NCBI RefSeq assembly: GCF_001194135.2
Contig: NC_068991.1
Location: 24,971,898-25,007,758 of the forward strand
Source of the DNA: Octopus bimaculoides
Taxonomy: Eukaryota
Length of the DNA stretch: 35,861 bases
Direction of reading: 5' to 3'
The position numbers were made by a program, and so were the translations under genes. This document shows positions 1 through 9,689 of this stretch, piece after piece. A model generated the notes under the pieces. It was not told the origin of the DNA, ran no database searches, and worked only from the letters and a program-made list of their open reading frames with translations. How positions within the stretch are numbered: position 1 is the stretch's first letter; each line of letters starts with the position of its first letter.

Positions 1-146
1 GTAACTTAGCGGTTCAGCAAAAGAGACCAATAGAATAAGTACTAGACTTACAAAGAATAAGTCCTGGGGTCGATTTGCTCAACTAAAGGTGGTGCTCCAG
101 CATGGCCGCAGTCAAATGACTGAAACAAGTAAAAGAGTAAAGAGTA
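1..146 (+). mobile_element. SINE family A, 3' half with (AAAAGAGT)n tail
   Basis: Matches the 3' halves of the copies at 13490-13607 (+) and 29664-29815 (-): gtaacttagcggttc...gaataagtcctggggtcgatttgctc...cagcatggccgcagtcaaatgactgaaacaagt, then the tail repeat. Confidence 0.9.
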
Positions 147-337
147 TGTGTATACAAAAGTATATATTAGCATAAATACACATATAAGATCACATATATA
201 AATATATGGAAATATGTACGTAAATACACATCCACAGAAATATAAGTGAATACATGCATACATATACATCCATGTATGTATGTGCACAAGTATAAACATA
301 CACGCTTACTTACACATATACATAGACGCATACATAC

Positions 338-427
338 GAATACATGTGCATGCCAACAATACAAACATCCACATAAAAACATGTCTAGGTCCTGACGTAT
401 ATATATAAACAACATTAAAAAAAAAAA
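338..427 (+). repeat. ~90-bp direct repeat X, copy 1 (copy 2 at 1534-1620)
   Basis: gaatacatgtgcatgccaacaatacaaacatccacataaaaacatgtctaggtcctg...aacaacattaaaa recurs at 1534-1620 with few substitutions. Confidence 0.9.
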
Positions 428-899
428 TTGCTGAGTGCATAACAATTAAATTTGGATAAAAGACATGCAAAATAGAATACCCTATATCGAATTATCTATA
501 AATTAAACAATTAAAATCGGTTTATAAAATACAATAAAATGAAATAAAATAAAATAAAATAAAAGTAGAATCTTAAACAAGAAAATAATATTTGCATATA
601 ACAGTCGAAGGTTTTTCTTAAGAAATATGTCAAAATATATGCAATAACTTTGCAATGCGAAGGGGAGTACAGGATGACAGTCAGCCAAAATCGTTGCTAT
701 GCTCTCTCTATCTCTCTTATGATGTCCTATTGTATATATATATTGTGCTAAGATTTGTTATCAATCAGTTATCCTTATTGAGAAGAAGCAGTGAAAAGTA
801 ACCACTTCATACAATCACCAGACATCTCCACTACTCAACACCACCCGAGTTTGGGGTTAATAATCTTAATCTTTTGTTACAGTTTCTTATTCAAACTAC

Positions 900-990
900 A
901 TAATAGGCAGAATGGTTGGATTAAGACAGTAGGGTGTTTTGAGGGACATTTGGCTGCTATTTCTACCAGGTCTAGCTACCATGTAGAAGT
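900..990 (-). repeat. Interspersed repeat remnant shared with 29325-29375
   Basis: Reverse complement ctacatggtagctagacctggtagaaatagcagccaaatgtccctc aligns with ctatgtggtagttagacttgctagaaatagcaaccaaattgccttt at ~29325-29370. Confidence 0.55.
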
Positions 991-1614
991 CTCCCTCATT
1001 GGCTCATACATACAAATATACATAAAATCGAAATAAAATACTTAAAGCAACAGTCATCAAATACAAAAGTCAAGGTCCATGTAGTGTCATGGGCCAAATA
1101 AATTTCCAACTTCTTGGCTAATGCAAGCCCAGAGCAATCTCTTATCTCTTACACTATTTCAGTATTATATCTCTATTGTAATGTGAGATAATACTTTTAG
1201 TTTGAAAGAAGTCTGTCCTATATATGTATATACGTATATACCTTTTGCATTCCAAAACTGAGTTGTAGATTTTGACGTATGGGGTATCAAAAGATTCAGT
1301 ACTATTTCGGCTACAAATTAAACTTAATTTTCATTCACATATTTGCATTTCAAAAATTTAACATTATAATCTTTTCCATAAATCAACTATCGTAAACATT
1401 TTATACGATGACGTCGCATTTTCTATATGTGTGTGTACCTTAAAAGACACCAATCATCACGACACACACCTTCACTCACTCACTCACTCTATCTCTCTTT
1501 TTCACTCTCTTTCTCTCACATGCTCACACACATGAATACATATGCATGCCAACAATACAAACATCCACATTAAAACATGTCTAGGTCCTGGTGTATATAT
1601 ACAAACAACATTTA

Positions 1615-1961
1615 AAAAAATGCAGAATTATCGGAGTAATGGACATTCAAAAAAGTATGTATGTATAGAAATGCATGAATGAAGTCTTTAAAGATTCAAA
1701 TCAAGGAAGTGCAATAATAATGTTTAGCAGTTCAAAACAGTAGTGAAATGCAGAATTAGGTTGGCTGATCGTGAGAATCAAATATTGATCGCTTTGCTAA
1801 AAACTGCAGGTAGTATGGGTTATTTCCTTTGGGTTGTTTAAATAAATTATTAGTAATATGTTGTAGATAGGATGCATTGGAGGGGCTCTATTATCGATTT
1901 TTTTTTCAACAATCTACGTATGTCACGAGGTTCCCAGACATGAGTTCTACTCACATGTCAA
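1615..1961 (+). repeat. ~350-bp direct repeat Y, copy 1 (copy 2 at 2312-2679)
   Basis: Colinear blocks aaatgcagaatt..., tagtgaaatgcagaattagg..gctgatcgtgagaatcaaatattgat, tatgggttatttcc and ggggct.tattatc...cagacatga.ttctactcacatgtcaa occur in both copies. Confidence 0.85.
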
Positions 1962-2311
1962 ATAAAGTATAAAAGTGATACTGTCTGTAAAAATTAGAAA
2001 TTGGACACACAAAAAAATCAATATTCAAAGTAATCGAACATAAACAACGAAACCTGTAAAATATTTCTAAGTTCGATGGCTCAATTAGTTTCATGAAAAT
2101 GTTGTGTGAACTGTAAATAAGCAATAAATATTATGATTTGTAAAATAAGTATAAGTGATACAGGGTATCCCAACTGAATGTGGTGTGGAAGTTTGGTTTC
2201 ATTTTTTAAGGATTTTAAGCATTCAAAGTATGAGTTTATTGTATTGGGACATACTTATTAAATACATTCTGGAATTAAAAAATTATGTACTGTCGTTGAA
2301 AAATTGTAACT

Positions 2312-2763
2312 GGAAAAAATGCAGAATCATCAGAGTTATGGGCATTGAAACTGTAAAAGCATCAAGAATGTGCAGTAATAAAGTTTAGCATTTGAAAACT
2401 GTGAGTAGTGAAATGCAGAATTAGGTCTGCTGATCGTGAGAATCAAATATTGATTGCTTCACTAAAAACTAACAACTGTAAGTTCAGGTGTTATGGGTTA
2501 TTTCCCTTAAGTGTTTAAAAAATATTGTGCAGAAGCTATAGGTTATTTCCCTTGGGTGTTTTAAAAAAAATTATATGAGGTAGATATAAAGATCTCTTCC
2601 AGGGGCTGTATTATCAATTTTTTTCAACAATCTAAGTATGTCATGAGGTTTCCAGACATGAATTCTACTCACATGTCAAGTTTCATCAAAATCAGTTAAA
2701 CAATGTAGGACAAGTTAGCTAACAATGCCACAAACAAACACCGATTTTCCACATGTAGTAGAT
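2312..2763 (+). mobile_element. Repeat Y copy 2 with a Helentron/DINE-1-like terminal block
   Basis: Continues into catgtcaagtttcatcaaaatcagtt...acaaacaaacac...gtagtagat, which resembles the ends of non-autonomous Helitron/Helentron elements. The class assignment is by resemblance only. Confidence 0.35.
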
Positions 2764-3231
2764 ATATATGTATATGTGTATATATATATATATATGTGTA
2801 TATATATATATNNNNNNNNNNNNNNNNNNNNNNNNNNNNNNNNNNNNNNNNNNNNNNNNNNNNNNNNNNNNNNNNNNNNNNNNNNNNNNNNNNNNNNNNN
2901 NNNNNNNNNNNCCTTAAAATTTCAAACAAATTTATTTTAATATGGGGCAGGACCGCCTTTGTCAGTAAGTACAGCTTCAGTTCTATGAGATATGGACGCT
3001 TACAATGTTTGAATTGTTTCCAAAGGAAATTTTGTCCATTCTTCAGCTAAAAGAGTCTCCAGTTCTTGCAGTAATGATGGTGGTGGATATCAACTCCTTA
3101 CTTGCTTTTCTAAAATGCACCATAAATGTTCAATAATATTGAGACCTGGTGACTGTGGTGGCCAGAAAAGATGTTCAACTTCACTAGAATGTTCCTCATG
3201 TCACTCAGTAACAACTTAAGCTGAGTGTATT

Positions 3232-4790
3232 TCTCCTGCAACTGTCTTACCAGTGGTGCTTTTCCCTGGCACAAACCCAAACTGCATCTCATCTAGACTG
3301 AATCTCTCCCTAATTAGTCAGGCTATGACCCTCTCTGTTACTTTCATTACCGGATCCAATAACTTGATACCGTTGTAATTATTTGTATCTAATACGTCAC
3401 CTTTATCTTTGTAGCAGTTGACTATGGTACTGCTACACCAGTTATTGGGTATGCCTCCTTCATGTCTCACCTGGTTGACTATACGGTTGACTAGACTATA
3501 GCCAACACCGCCAGATATTTTAAGCATCTCTGCCGTGATTCGTGATGGGCCAGGGGCTTTCCCTGTCTTCATACCCTTAATTGCTTTATCTACGAAGGTA
3601 CTGTCAATTTGGATAGCTGGTCCCTCTGTTGGTTCGACATCATTCTCTTCATTTAGCAATCTTTCATAGTGGCGTATCCAAGTCTCTCTCCTTGCAGCTT
3701 CATTAAATGGAAGTGAGCTGTCATCCATCCGGACACATTTCTCTCCTATGACATCACGATTCTCTCTCATGCACTGTCTTGCAACACGAAACACCTCAAA
3801 TTTGTGGTCCTCAAGACGCAGAACATTGGCAACTTTTTTCTTATCTGTTTCCCATCTGGCTAAATAAATCTGTCTCCTAACTTCCCTTCTGGCTGTCTGA
3901 TACAATTCCCTGCTACCACCATTCTTCCAGTCCTTCCATGCCTGTTTCTTTTTCATAATGGCCCTGTCAACTACATTGTTCCACCACCACGTTACCTTGG
4001 GTTGAGAGGGGACTTTGCACCATCCACAGATTTGGTCAGTGGCCATGAACAGGTTGTCCTGTAGTAACCTCCAGTTGTCTTCCACATCATGTGATGCTAT
4101 ATCCCCCTCTATTTTGTTAAAAGCTTCGAGTAATACGTCTCTAAATCTCTGTCCATTTACAGGATCCTTAAGCTTCCAGACCCTGGGCATCCATTTAGCC
4201 CTGATTCTGAAGTTGCTAACTACTAATCTATGTTGTGTGGTGCATTCTTCACATAGGAAGGTTTTGGCATTTATAAGTAGCCATCGTTCCTGTTTCCTGG
4301 CAAGGATGTAGTCAATTTAACTAGTGTGTCTACCAGATCGGTAGGTGAATAGGTGACAAGCAGGTTTCCTGAAGTTACTGTTACAAACCATAAGATCATT
4401 TGCTTCACAGAACTCCAGCAGTCATGTTTCCTCCTCATTGCGGGAACCAAAACCATAGCCTCCATGTACACCTTGGAAGGCCCCTGCATGTTGTCCAGCA
4501 TGCCCACTGAAGTCACCAGCCACAAAGAGAAGGTCCCTGTCATTTGTTGACGAGGTATTCTGCAAGAGGGTGTCATAAAATCGGTCTTTCTGTCCATCAG
4601 ACAGCCCTGGCTGGGGGCATAGGTTGAGATGATGGTTGCTAACCCATGATACAGCAGTAATCTAATCTTAAGTATTCTATCTCAAATTCTGACTACTTCA
4701 ATTACCTTATCAACCCATTTCTCTGCAAGAAGTACACCCACGCCCATGTCAGTGTTCTCTGCCCAGAATATCTTATACCCTAAGTAGGGA
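3232..4790 (-). mobile_element. RTE-clade LINE fragment (APE endonuclease, linker, start of RT), disrupted
   Basis: APE motifs GVGVLLAEKWV, VAGDFSGH, GYGFGSRNEE..LLEFC, TYRSG..IDYIL and QHRLVV across frameshifts and stops. ORF 3318-4190 has TWWWN, KAPGPSRITAEMLK and NYNGIKLLDPVMKVTERV, followed by QFGFVPGKSTT near 3290-3255. Confidence 0.93.
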
Positions 4791-4909
4791 TGGGGTGGGG
4801 GGCATAAGCCTTTAGATGTATTCATGGGAGACATCCGATAGAGGTCAGAGGATAGAGACTTCTGGTACAGGTGGTGGGGGTGGGAAGGCAGGCGCACTGC
4901 GAAACAGCA

Positions 4910-4999
4910 AGGACTCAAGTTCCCGATGTCAGAGAGTATTATCATAATAGTGAGATAGAATTGGGCATTTGAAAATGTTAACTAGAGCTATAACCAAAA
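4910..4999 (+). repeat. 90-bp segment duplicated at 5509-5596
   Basis: aggactcaagttccc...gatagaattgggcatttgaaaat.ttaactagagctataaccaaaa is present twice at about 90% identity. Confidence 0.9.
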
Positions 5000-5094
5000 G
5001 CTTTTGGTCAGCCAATCTGTGACAAATTAGATAAATGAATGAATAAGTGATGATAATAAATGAGCGTGAGTGGGGGAATATATTGTATATGTGT

Positions 5095-5095
<1 letters not shown>

Positions 5096-5160
<65 letters not shown>

Positions 5161-5345
5161 ATATGTGTTATATATATTTATATATTGTATATGTGTTATA
5201 TATATTTATATATTGTATATGTGTTATATATATTTATATATTGTATATGTGTTATATATATTTATATATTGTATATGTGTTATATATATTTATATATTGT
5301 ATGTGTTATATATATTTATATATTGTATATGTGTTATTTATATAT
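5096..5345. repeat. (TA)n followed by a 28-bp-period minisatellite (~7 units)
   Basis: Unit tattgtatatgtgttatatatatttata starts at 5155, 5183, 5211 and so on. Confidence 0.9.
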
Positions 5346-5469
5346 AAGATATATGTCGTGCATCAGCATGGCCGCAGCTCTGAGCTGAAACTTTGAAATG
5401 AAATGAAATGAAATATATATATACATTATTTACATTTGACAGATATTTGTCCTCATCTTGTTTGTTGTT

Positions 5470-5510
5470 AACACAACATTTCGGCTGATATACCCTCCAG
5501 CCTTCATCAG
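5470..5510 (-). ncRNA. Minimal type I hammerhead ribozyme relic, minus-strand copy
   Basis: Minus strand reads CTGATGA A GGCTG gagggtatat CAGCC GAAA TG TT GTGTT. The core is intact, the stem-III palindrome AACGTT has decayed to AATGTT, and the 5' strand of stem I is replaced by flanking DNA. Confidence 0.6.
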
Positions 5511-5625
5511 GACTCAAGTTCCCGGTGACAGAATATTATGATAATAGTGAGATAGAATTGGGCATTTGAAAATCTTAACTAGAGCTATAACCAAAACCCC
5601 AAGAACCCAAAATCCCCACCTTCAA

Positions 5626-5671
5626 GACCCCTGATGAAGGCTGGAGGGTATATCAGCCAAAGCGTTGTGTT
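5626..5671 (+). ncRNA. Minimal type I hammerhead ribozyme relic, plus-strand copy
   Basis: gaccc CTGATGA A GGCTG gagggtatat CAGCC AAAG CG TT GTGTT. Stem I gaccc/gtgtt pairs at 4 of 5 positions, and GAAA is mutated to AAAG. Confidence 0.55.
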
Positions 5672-6167
5672 AACAACAAAGATAAGGACAAATATCCGTC
5701 AAATGTAAATAATGTACATAATTCCTCATCTCTTAAATATAGAACTATATATATTGTTTATGTGTTATATGTAATGTATATATCATATATTCTGCTTTGT
5801 CTGGGGTGAGTCATTCTCTTTTAGTGCCTTATAATTTAACACACTCACCAGTAAAGTTTTCACTCATTTACTTATTTATTTTTCTAAAATTTTCTGTCTT
5901 GCAACCTCCTCAATAGTTGTTGGCTCTGCCCATTATCCAAGGTGTGTTGTTATTGTTCATTTTTGTGCATGTGTGTGGGTCACTGTGTGTGCGTGTGCAT
6001 ACACATGTATGTATGTATGTATGTATGTATTTATGCATACATGTAAGTGTGTGCATGCACGCATGTGTGTGTGTGTATATATATGTATGTGTGTATGTTT
6101 TTATATATGTATTCTGCAAACTATTCTACCTGTATATGAATATAAACTGTGGGTATAGGGTATGATT

Positions 6168-6870
6168 ACCTACCACATATATTTCCTATTTAGCACTGGG
6201 GATGTTTCATTTATAAGGGCATACTCCTGTATTTGTCTGAGGGTTCGATCCCTTGGGTGCTTGGATAAAATGCGGAAGTCAAGTTGACCCAGGTTACTTC
6301 CATTTTGGTCCTTGGCATGTTGGCAGAGTATGGAGGACTGTTTTTTGTCATCATATTGTCTCAAATGTTCATTTAGTCTTTCTACAATGCTCCTAGATGT
6401 CTCCTCTATATATGTCATGTCCATGTCTTTACAAGCACCTTCTATCCATCTTATGCTGTAGACTACATTTCTAGTTCTACAGTTAATACCAGGGCTAATC
6501 CTGCATACTATGCAGTTATCATTGGTGCATATGGTATTCTCAAAAAGGTATGTCCTACATAGTTGTGATCTGATGGAGTTCCCTAGCTTTTCAACAGTCT
6601 TAATGTTGAGTTTAGTCTCCTTCAGAGCTTTCCTAAATCTACAAGCTAATTCTCTGTGGGCTGTGGCCTCTACAAACATCACTCCTTGATATTTTTCGGG
6701 TTTTATACTACATGTTCACCCAGTTTGCTGTGTCACAAGCTCTTTGTACTCTATTCCAGTCTTTGCTTCTATATCTAGGGCAGGTACCACTGGTTTCATT
6801 ACATATAATATTATCTAACTTCTTTCTAGCACCCCTGTATACTCGAACCCTATCTTTCTGATCATATCCA
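6168..6870 (-). mobile_element. Penelope-like element, 3' ORF fragment (Cys-rich linker plus GIY-YIG endonuclease)
   Basis: ORF 6170-6682 reads CTNDNCIVC..INCRTRNVVYSI..AC..TYIEETSRSIVERLNEH..LRQIQEYALINETSPVLN, a GIY-YIG pattern (VVY, YIGET, R..EH, E..I..P.LN). The upstream linker lies in ORF 6708-6896. Confidence 0.88.
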
Positions 6871-6925
6871 AGGTGGTTATGCCCCAGCATGGCCACAGTC
6901 TAATGACTGAAACGAGTAAAAAGGA
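6871..6925 (+). mobile_element. SINE family A 3' tail remnant
   Basis: gccccagcatggccacagtctaatgactgaaacgagtaaaaagg matches the family A 3' end. A similar remnant with a (GAAAT)n tail lies at 5362-5412. Confidence 0.7.
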
Positions 6926-7054
6926 GAAAAAAGACATATATGTTGCCTTATGTACTTACAATACTTACCCATCTGTCTGTTGTCACCTGTACTCTGCATG
7001 TGAAATATCTGGTAGGAATTAATCTCTTTATAAGATTGCACTGGATTCCATTGT

Positions 7055-7262
7055 TATTGTCATCATCATTATGACTATTATTATTTTTATCATCATCATC
7101 ATCATTATGACTATTATTATTTTTATCATCATCATCATTATTATCATTATTATTATTATTATGAGGTATTAACCCAGATTACATGTCTTTTCTCTCACAC
7201 AGTCCCTTCCCTTTCTCCCATCATTCTATTATCTTGTCCTCTCTCTCTCTCTCTCTCTCTCT
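7055..7262. repeat. (ATC/ATT)n and (CT)n microsatellites
   Basis: Read directly from the sequence. Confidence 0.9.
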
Positions 7263-7744
7263 CTGTTGCCATTAATTTATATTATGGTAACCTGCTCTCT
7301 CATTCTTTATCAGTTTCTTTTTGTTTTGTCCTCCTTTATCTCTTTCTACATCTGTTTTGCCATCCTGTCTGCTGTCTTTTGTTACTCTAAGTTTGTCTTT
7401 GCTATTCTTTCATACTCTTTCTCTTTCTTTCTTTCTTTCTCTATCTCCCTCTCCCTCTCTAGTTGGTAATATACCACCATGTCTCTCTTTCTCTATTTTC
7501 TCTCAGAGAGAGAGAGAGAGAGATAGAATTTATCTCAGTACTGGTACTGTGTCAAATCCGAAAAGATAAATGTGAAGCTCTTGTTAGGTTTTGAACCCAG
7601 AGCTCAGAGAGCTGAAATAGACACCACAGAACTGTCTATCTGATGCTCTAATGACTGCAAACTCACTTTGTGTGTGTATGTGTGTTCTCTCTCTCTCTCT
7701 CTCACACACACACCATAAGTCTTGCAAATAGCTACCCAGCTGAA

Positions 7745-7817
7745 TATAAGTATCACAATTTCTCCACTCTCATTAGGCCTACAGAAGTCCCTTCCTTCTG
7801 ATTCATCCATGAAATAA
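7745..7817 (+). repeat. ~75-bp dispersed direct repeat (partner at 10731-10805)
   Basis: cacaat.tctccactctcattaggcctacagaa.tcc.tt.c.ttctgattcatcc.t.aaataac is present twice. Confidence 0.85.
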
Positions 7818-7894
7818 CACCACCAACAAAAAATTATCTTTACTCTCTTAGCTGATCAAGTACTTTTCTACTTGTTGAAAATATATATATATAT

Positions 7895-7910
7895 AGATCG
7901 GAAGAGCGTC
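7895..7910 (+). other. Illumina TruSeq adapter remnant (assembly artefact)
   Basis: AGATCGGAAGAGCGTC is an exact 16-nt match to the adapter start and abuts the N-gap at 7911. Confidence 0.92.
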
Positions 7911-8047
7911 NNNNNNNNNNNNNNNNNNNNNNNNNNNNNNNNNNNNNNNNNNNNNNNNNNNNNNNNNNNNNNNNNNNNNNNNNNNNNNNNNNNNNNNNNN
8001 NNNNNNNNNNNNNNNNNNNNNNNNNNNNNNNNNNNNNNNNNNNNNNN

Positions 8048-8283
8048 GCTTGTGCGGGTGGCACATAAAAGACACCATTTCGAGCGTGGCCGTTTTCGTG
8101 CGGGTGACACGTAAAAGCACCCACTACACTCTCTGAGTGGTTGGCGTTAGGAAGGGCATCCAGCTGTAGAAACTCTGCCAAATCAGACTGGAGCCTGGTG
8201 TTGCCATCCGGTTTCACCAGTCCTCAGTCAAATCGTCCAACCCATGCTAGCATGGAAAGCGGACGTTAAACGATGATGATGAT
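8048..8283 (+). mobile_element. RTE LINE 3' UTR or RTE-tail non-autonomous copy with (GAT)n tail
   Basis: ttggcgttaggaagggcatccagctgtagaaac...catgctagcatggaaagcggacgttaaac(gat)n. A related UTR follows an RTE ORF C-terminus at 19888-20340. Confidence 0.85.
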
Positions 8284-8869
8284 AGTTATGGTATATTCTG
8301 TTAAGAACGTAGTAGATTACAGTATACCTTGTCTACCTTCAGATTTTACCATGTGCTATCCAGTAGTAGTATTATATGTATTTCTAGGCTTGCATTTTGG
8401 CATCTGTCATGTGTGAATAGATAACTGAAAAGAATAATTGAAAAGATTAGGAGTCAGGAAGTAGTAGGGTTGAACATTTATTTTTCAATCACTATAATTG
8501 TTTCCACACAATGTAGTTCTCCAGGCATGGAGACACTTGATTATGCAACTGTTTCCCTGCATTATGACATCTAGTTGTGTTTCCTCAGGTAGTATGTAAA
8601 TACTGTCTCTGTAAGTTCAAAATCTCGGCTTCAAGAACATCCGCTCTGTCTGTTGTGGCCTGAATTTAGTAGTGGCTACCGAATTTATCAAGGTGTGTTG
8701 TTGCTGAAGGACTGATGACAAACTGCTTTGAATGTGTAGATGTAGTGAGATGATGATTCTCCTACTGTTAAAGTGGTTGCTGCTTTAAAGGGATTGGCAT
8801 TTGATTTCTTTGTACTGTTGATTTGTTCTTCATGGCTGGTTACATGTGCGATTGCCCTTAGCTTTTCGA

Positions 8870-9041
8870 TTATATAACTGTATAATAATATATCATAATA
8901 ATAGTTATTCTCCGATTTGAAGCAATAATTTTTAAATACAAACAAATGACTGAAAAATGATGAGCTAACCTCAGGAAGAATCGAACCCACAAATGAATGC
9001 TTACAGGTCTACTTGCACATCCATTTGGTCAAACACTCACC
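8870..9041 (-). mobile_element. tRNA-headed repeat (degenerate SINE-like) on the minus strand
   Basis: Minus strand has an A-box-like TGACCAAATGG (9031-9021) and a B-box GGTTCGATTC (8987-8978) at tRNA-like spacing. The body is repeated inverted at 9171-9257. Confidence 0.55.
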
Positions 9042-9325
9042 TATCAATTTCAGTCAAATTTAGTTAATATTTACTTAAACTGTCTAATACTACATATGAT
9101 ATTTATTAACAAAACCTGAAAAGCTTTGTAAATTATGGAGAGGAAGCTACTATGGAAGACTCAAAGTATAATGATTTTTCGATCATTTGTTTGTATTTTA
9201 AAATTGTCACTTCAAATCAGAGAATAAATATTTTTATGATATATTATTATACAGTTATTATTATACTGTGAGTCTTACAAAGCCTTTTGGATTTGTTTAT
9301 AAATATCATATGTAGTATATATATA

Positions 9326-9354
<29 letters not shown>

Positions 9355-9356
<2 letters not shown>

Positions 9357-9508
9357 CATCATCATCATCATCATCATCGTTTAACGTCCGCTTTCCATGC
9401 TAGCATGGGTTGGACGATTTGACTGAGGACTGGTGAAACCAGATGGCTACACCAGGCTCCAGTCTGATTTAGCAGAGTTTCTACAGCTGGATGCCCTTCC
9501 TAACGCCA
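9355..9508 (-). mobile_element. RTE 3' UTR copy, near-identical to 8142-8283 and inverted
   Basis: The reverse complement differs from the plus-strand copy at only about 3-4 positions, with an (ATC)n tail on the left. Confidence 0.9.
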
Positions 9509-9689
9509 GTGTGTGTGTGTGTGTGTGTATATAATACTTCTGTTTTATGTTGCTTTTGTTTTATGTACAAAATCATATTTAAAATGCAGAAGAAACCTCA
9601 AACTGGTTAAGCAAAAACAGTCTGAAACCAGTCAGTAGAGAAGCTTCAGAGTCAGTAAACCATTTCATGTCTTCACCCCTCTCCTTGTC

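Larger units (their letters stand above)
5422..5747. mobile_element. Penelope-like pseudo-LTR pieces in inverted orientation, arms 5422-5511 and 5630-5716
   Basis: The ~90-bp arms are reverse complements at about 90% identity. Each carries CTGATGA-A-GGCTG-loop-CAGCC-(G/A)AA(A/G)-YGTT, the minimal hammerhead pattern known from Penelope-like elements. Confidence 0.7.

Noticed and set aside
5790-5915. Possible fifth hammerhead (minus strand CTATTGAGGAGGTTGCAAGACAGAAAATTTT)
   Set aside because: The core is not CUGANGA and stem II has no partner strand. It is too degenerate to call.
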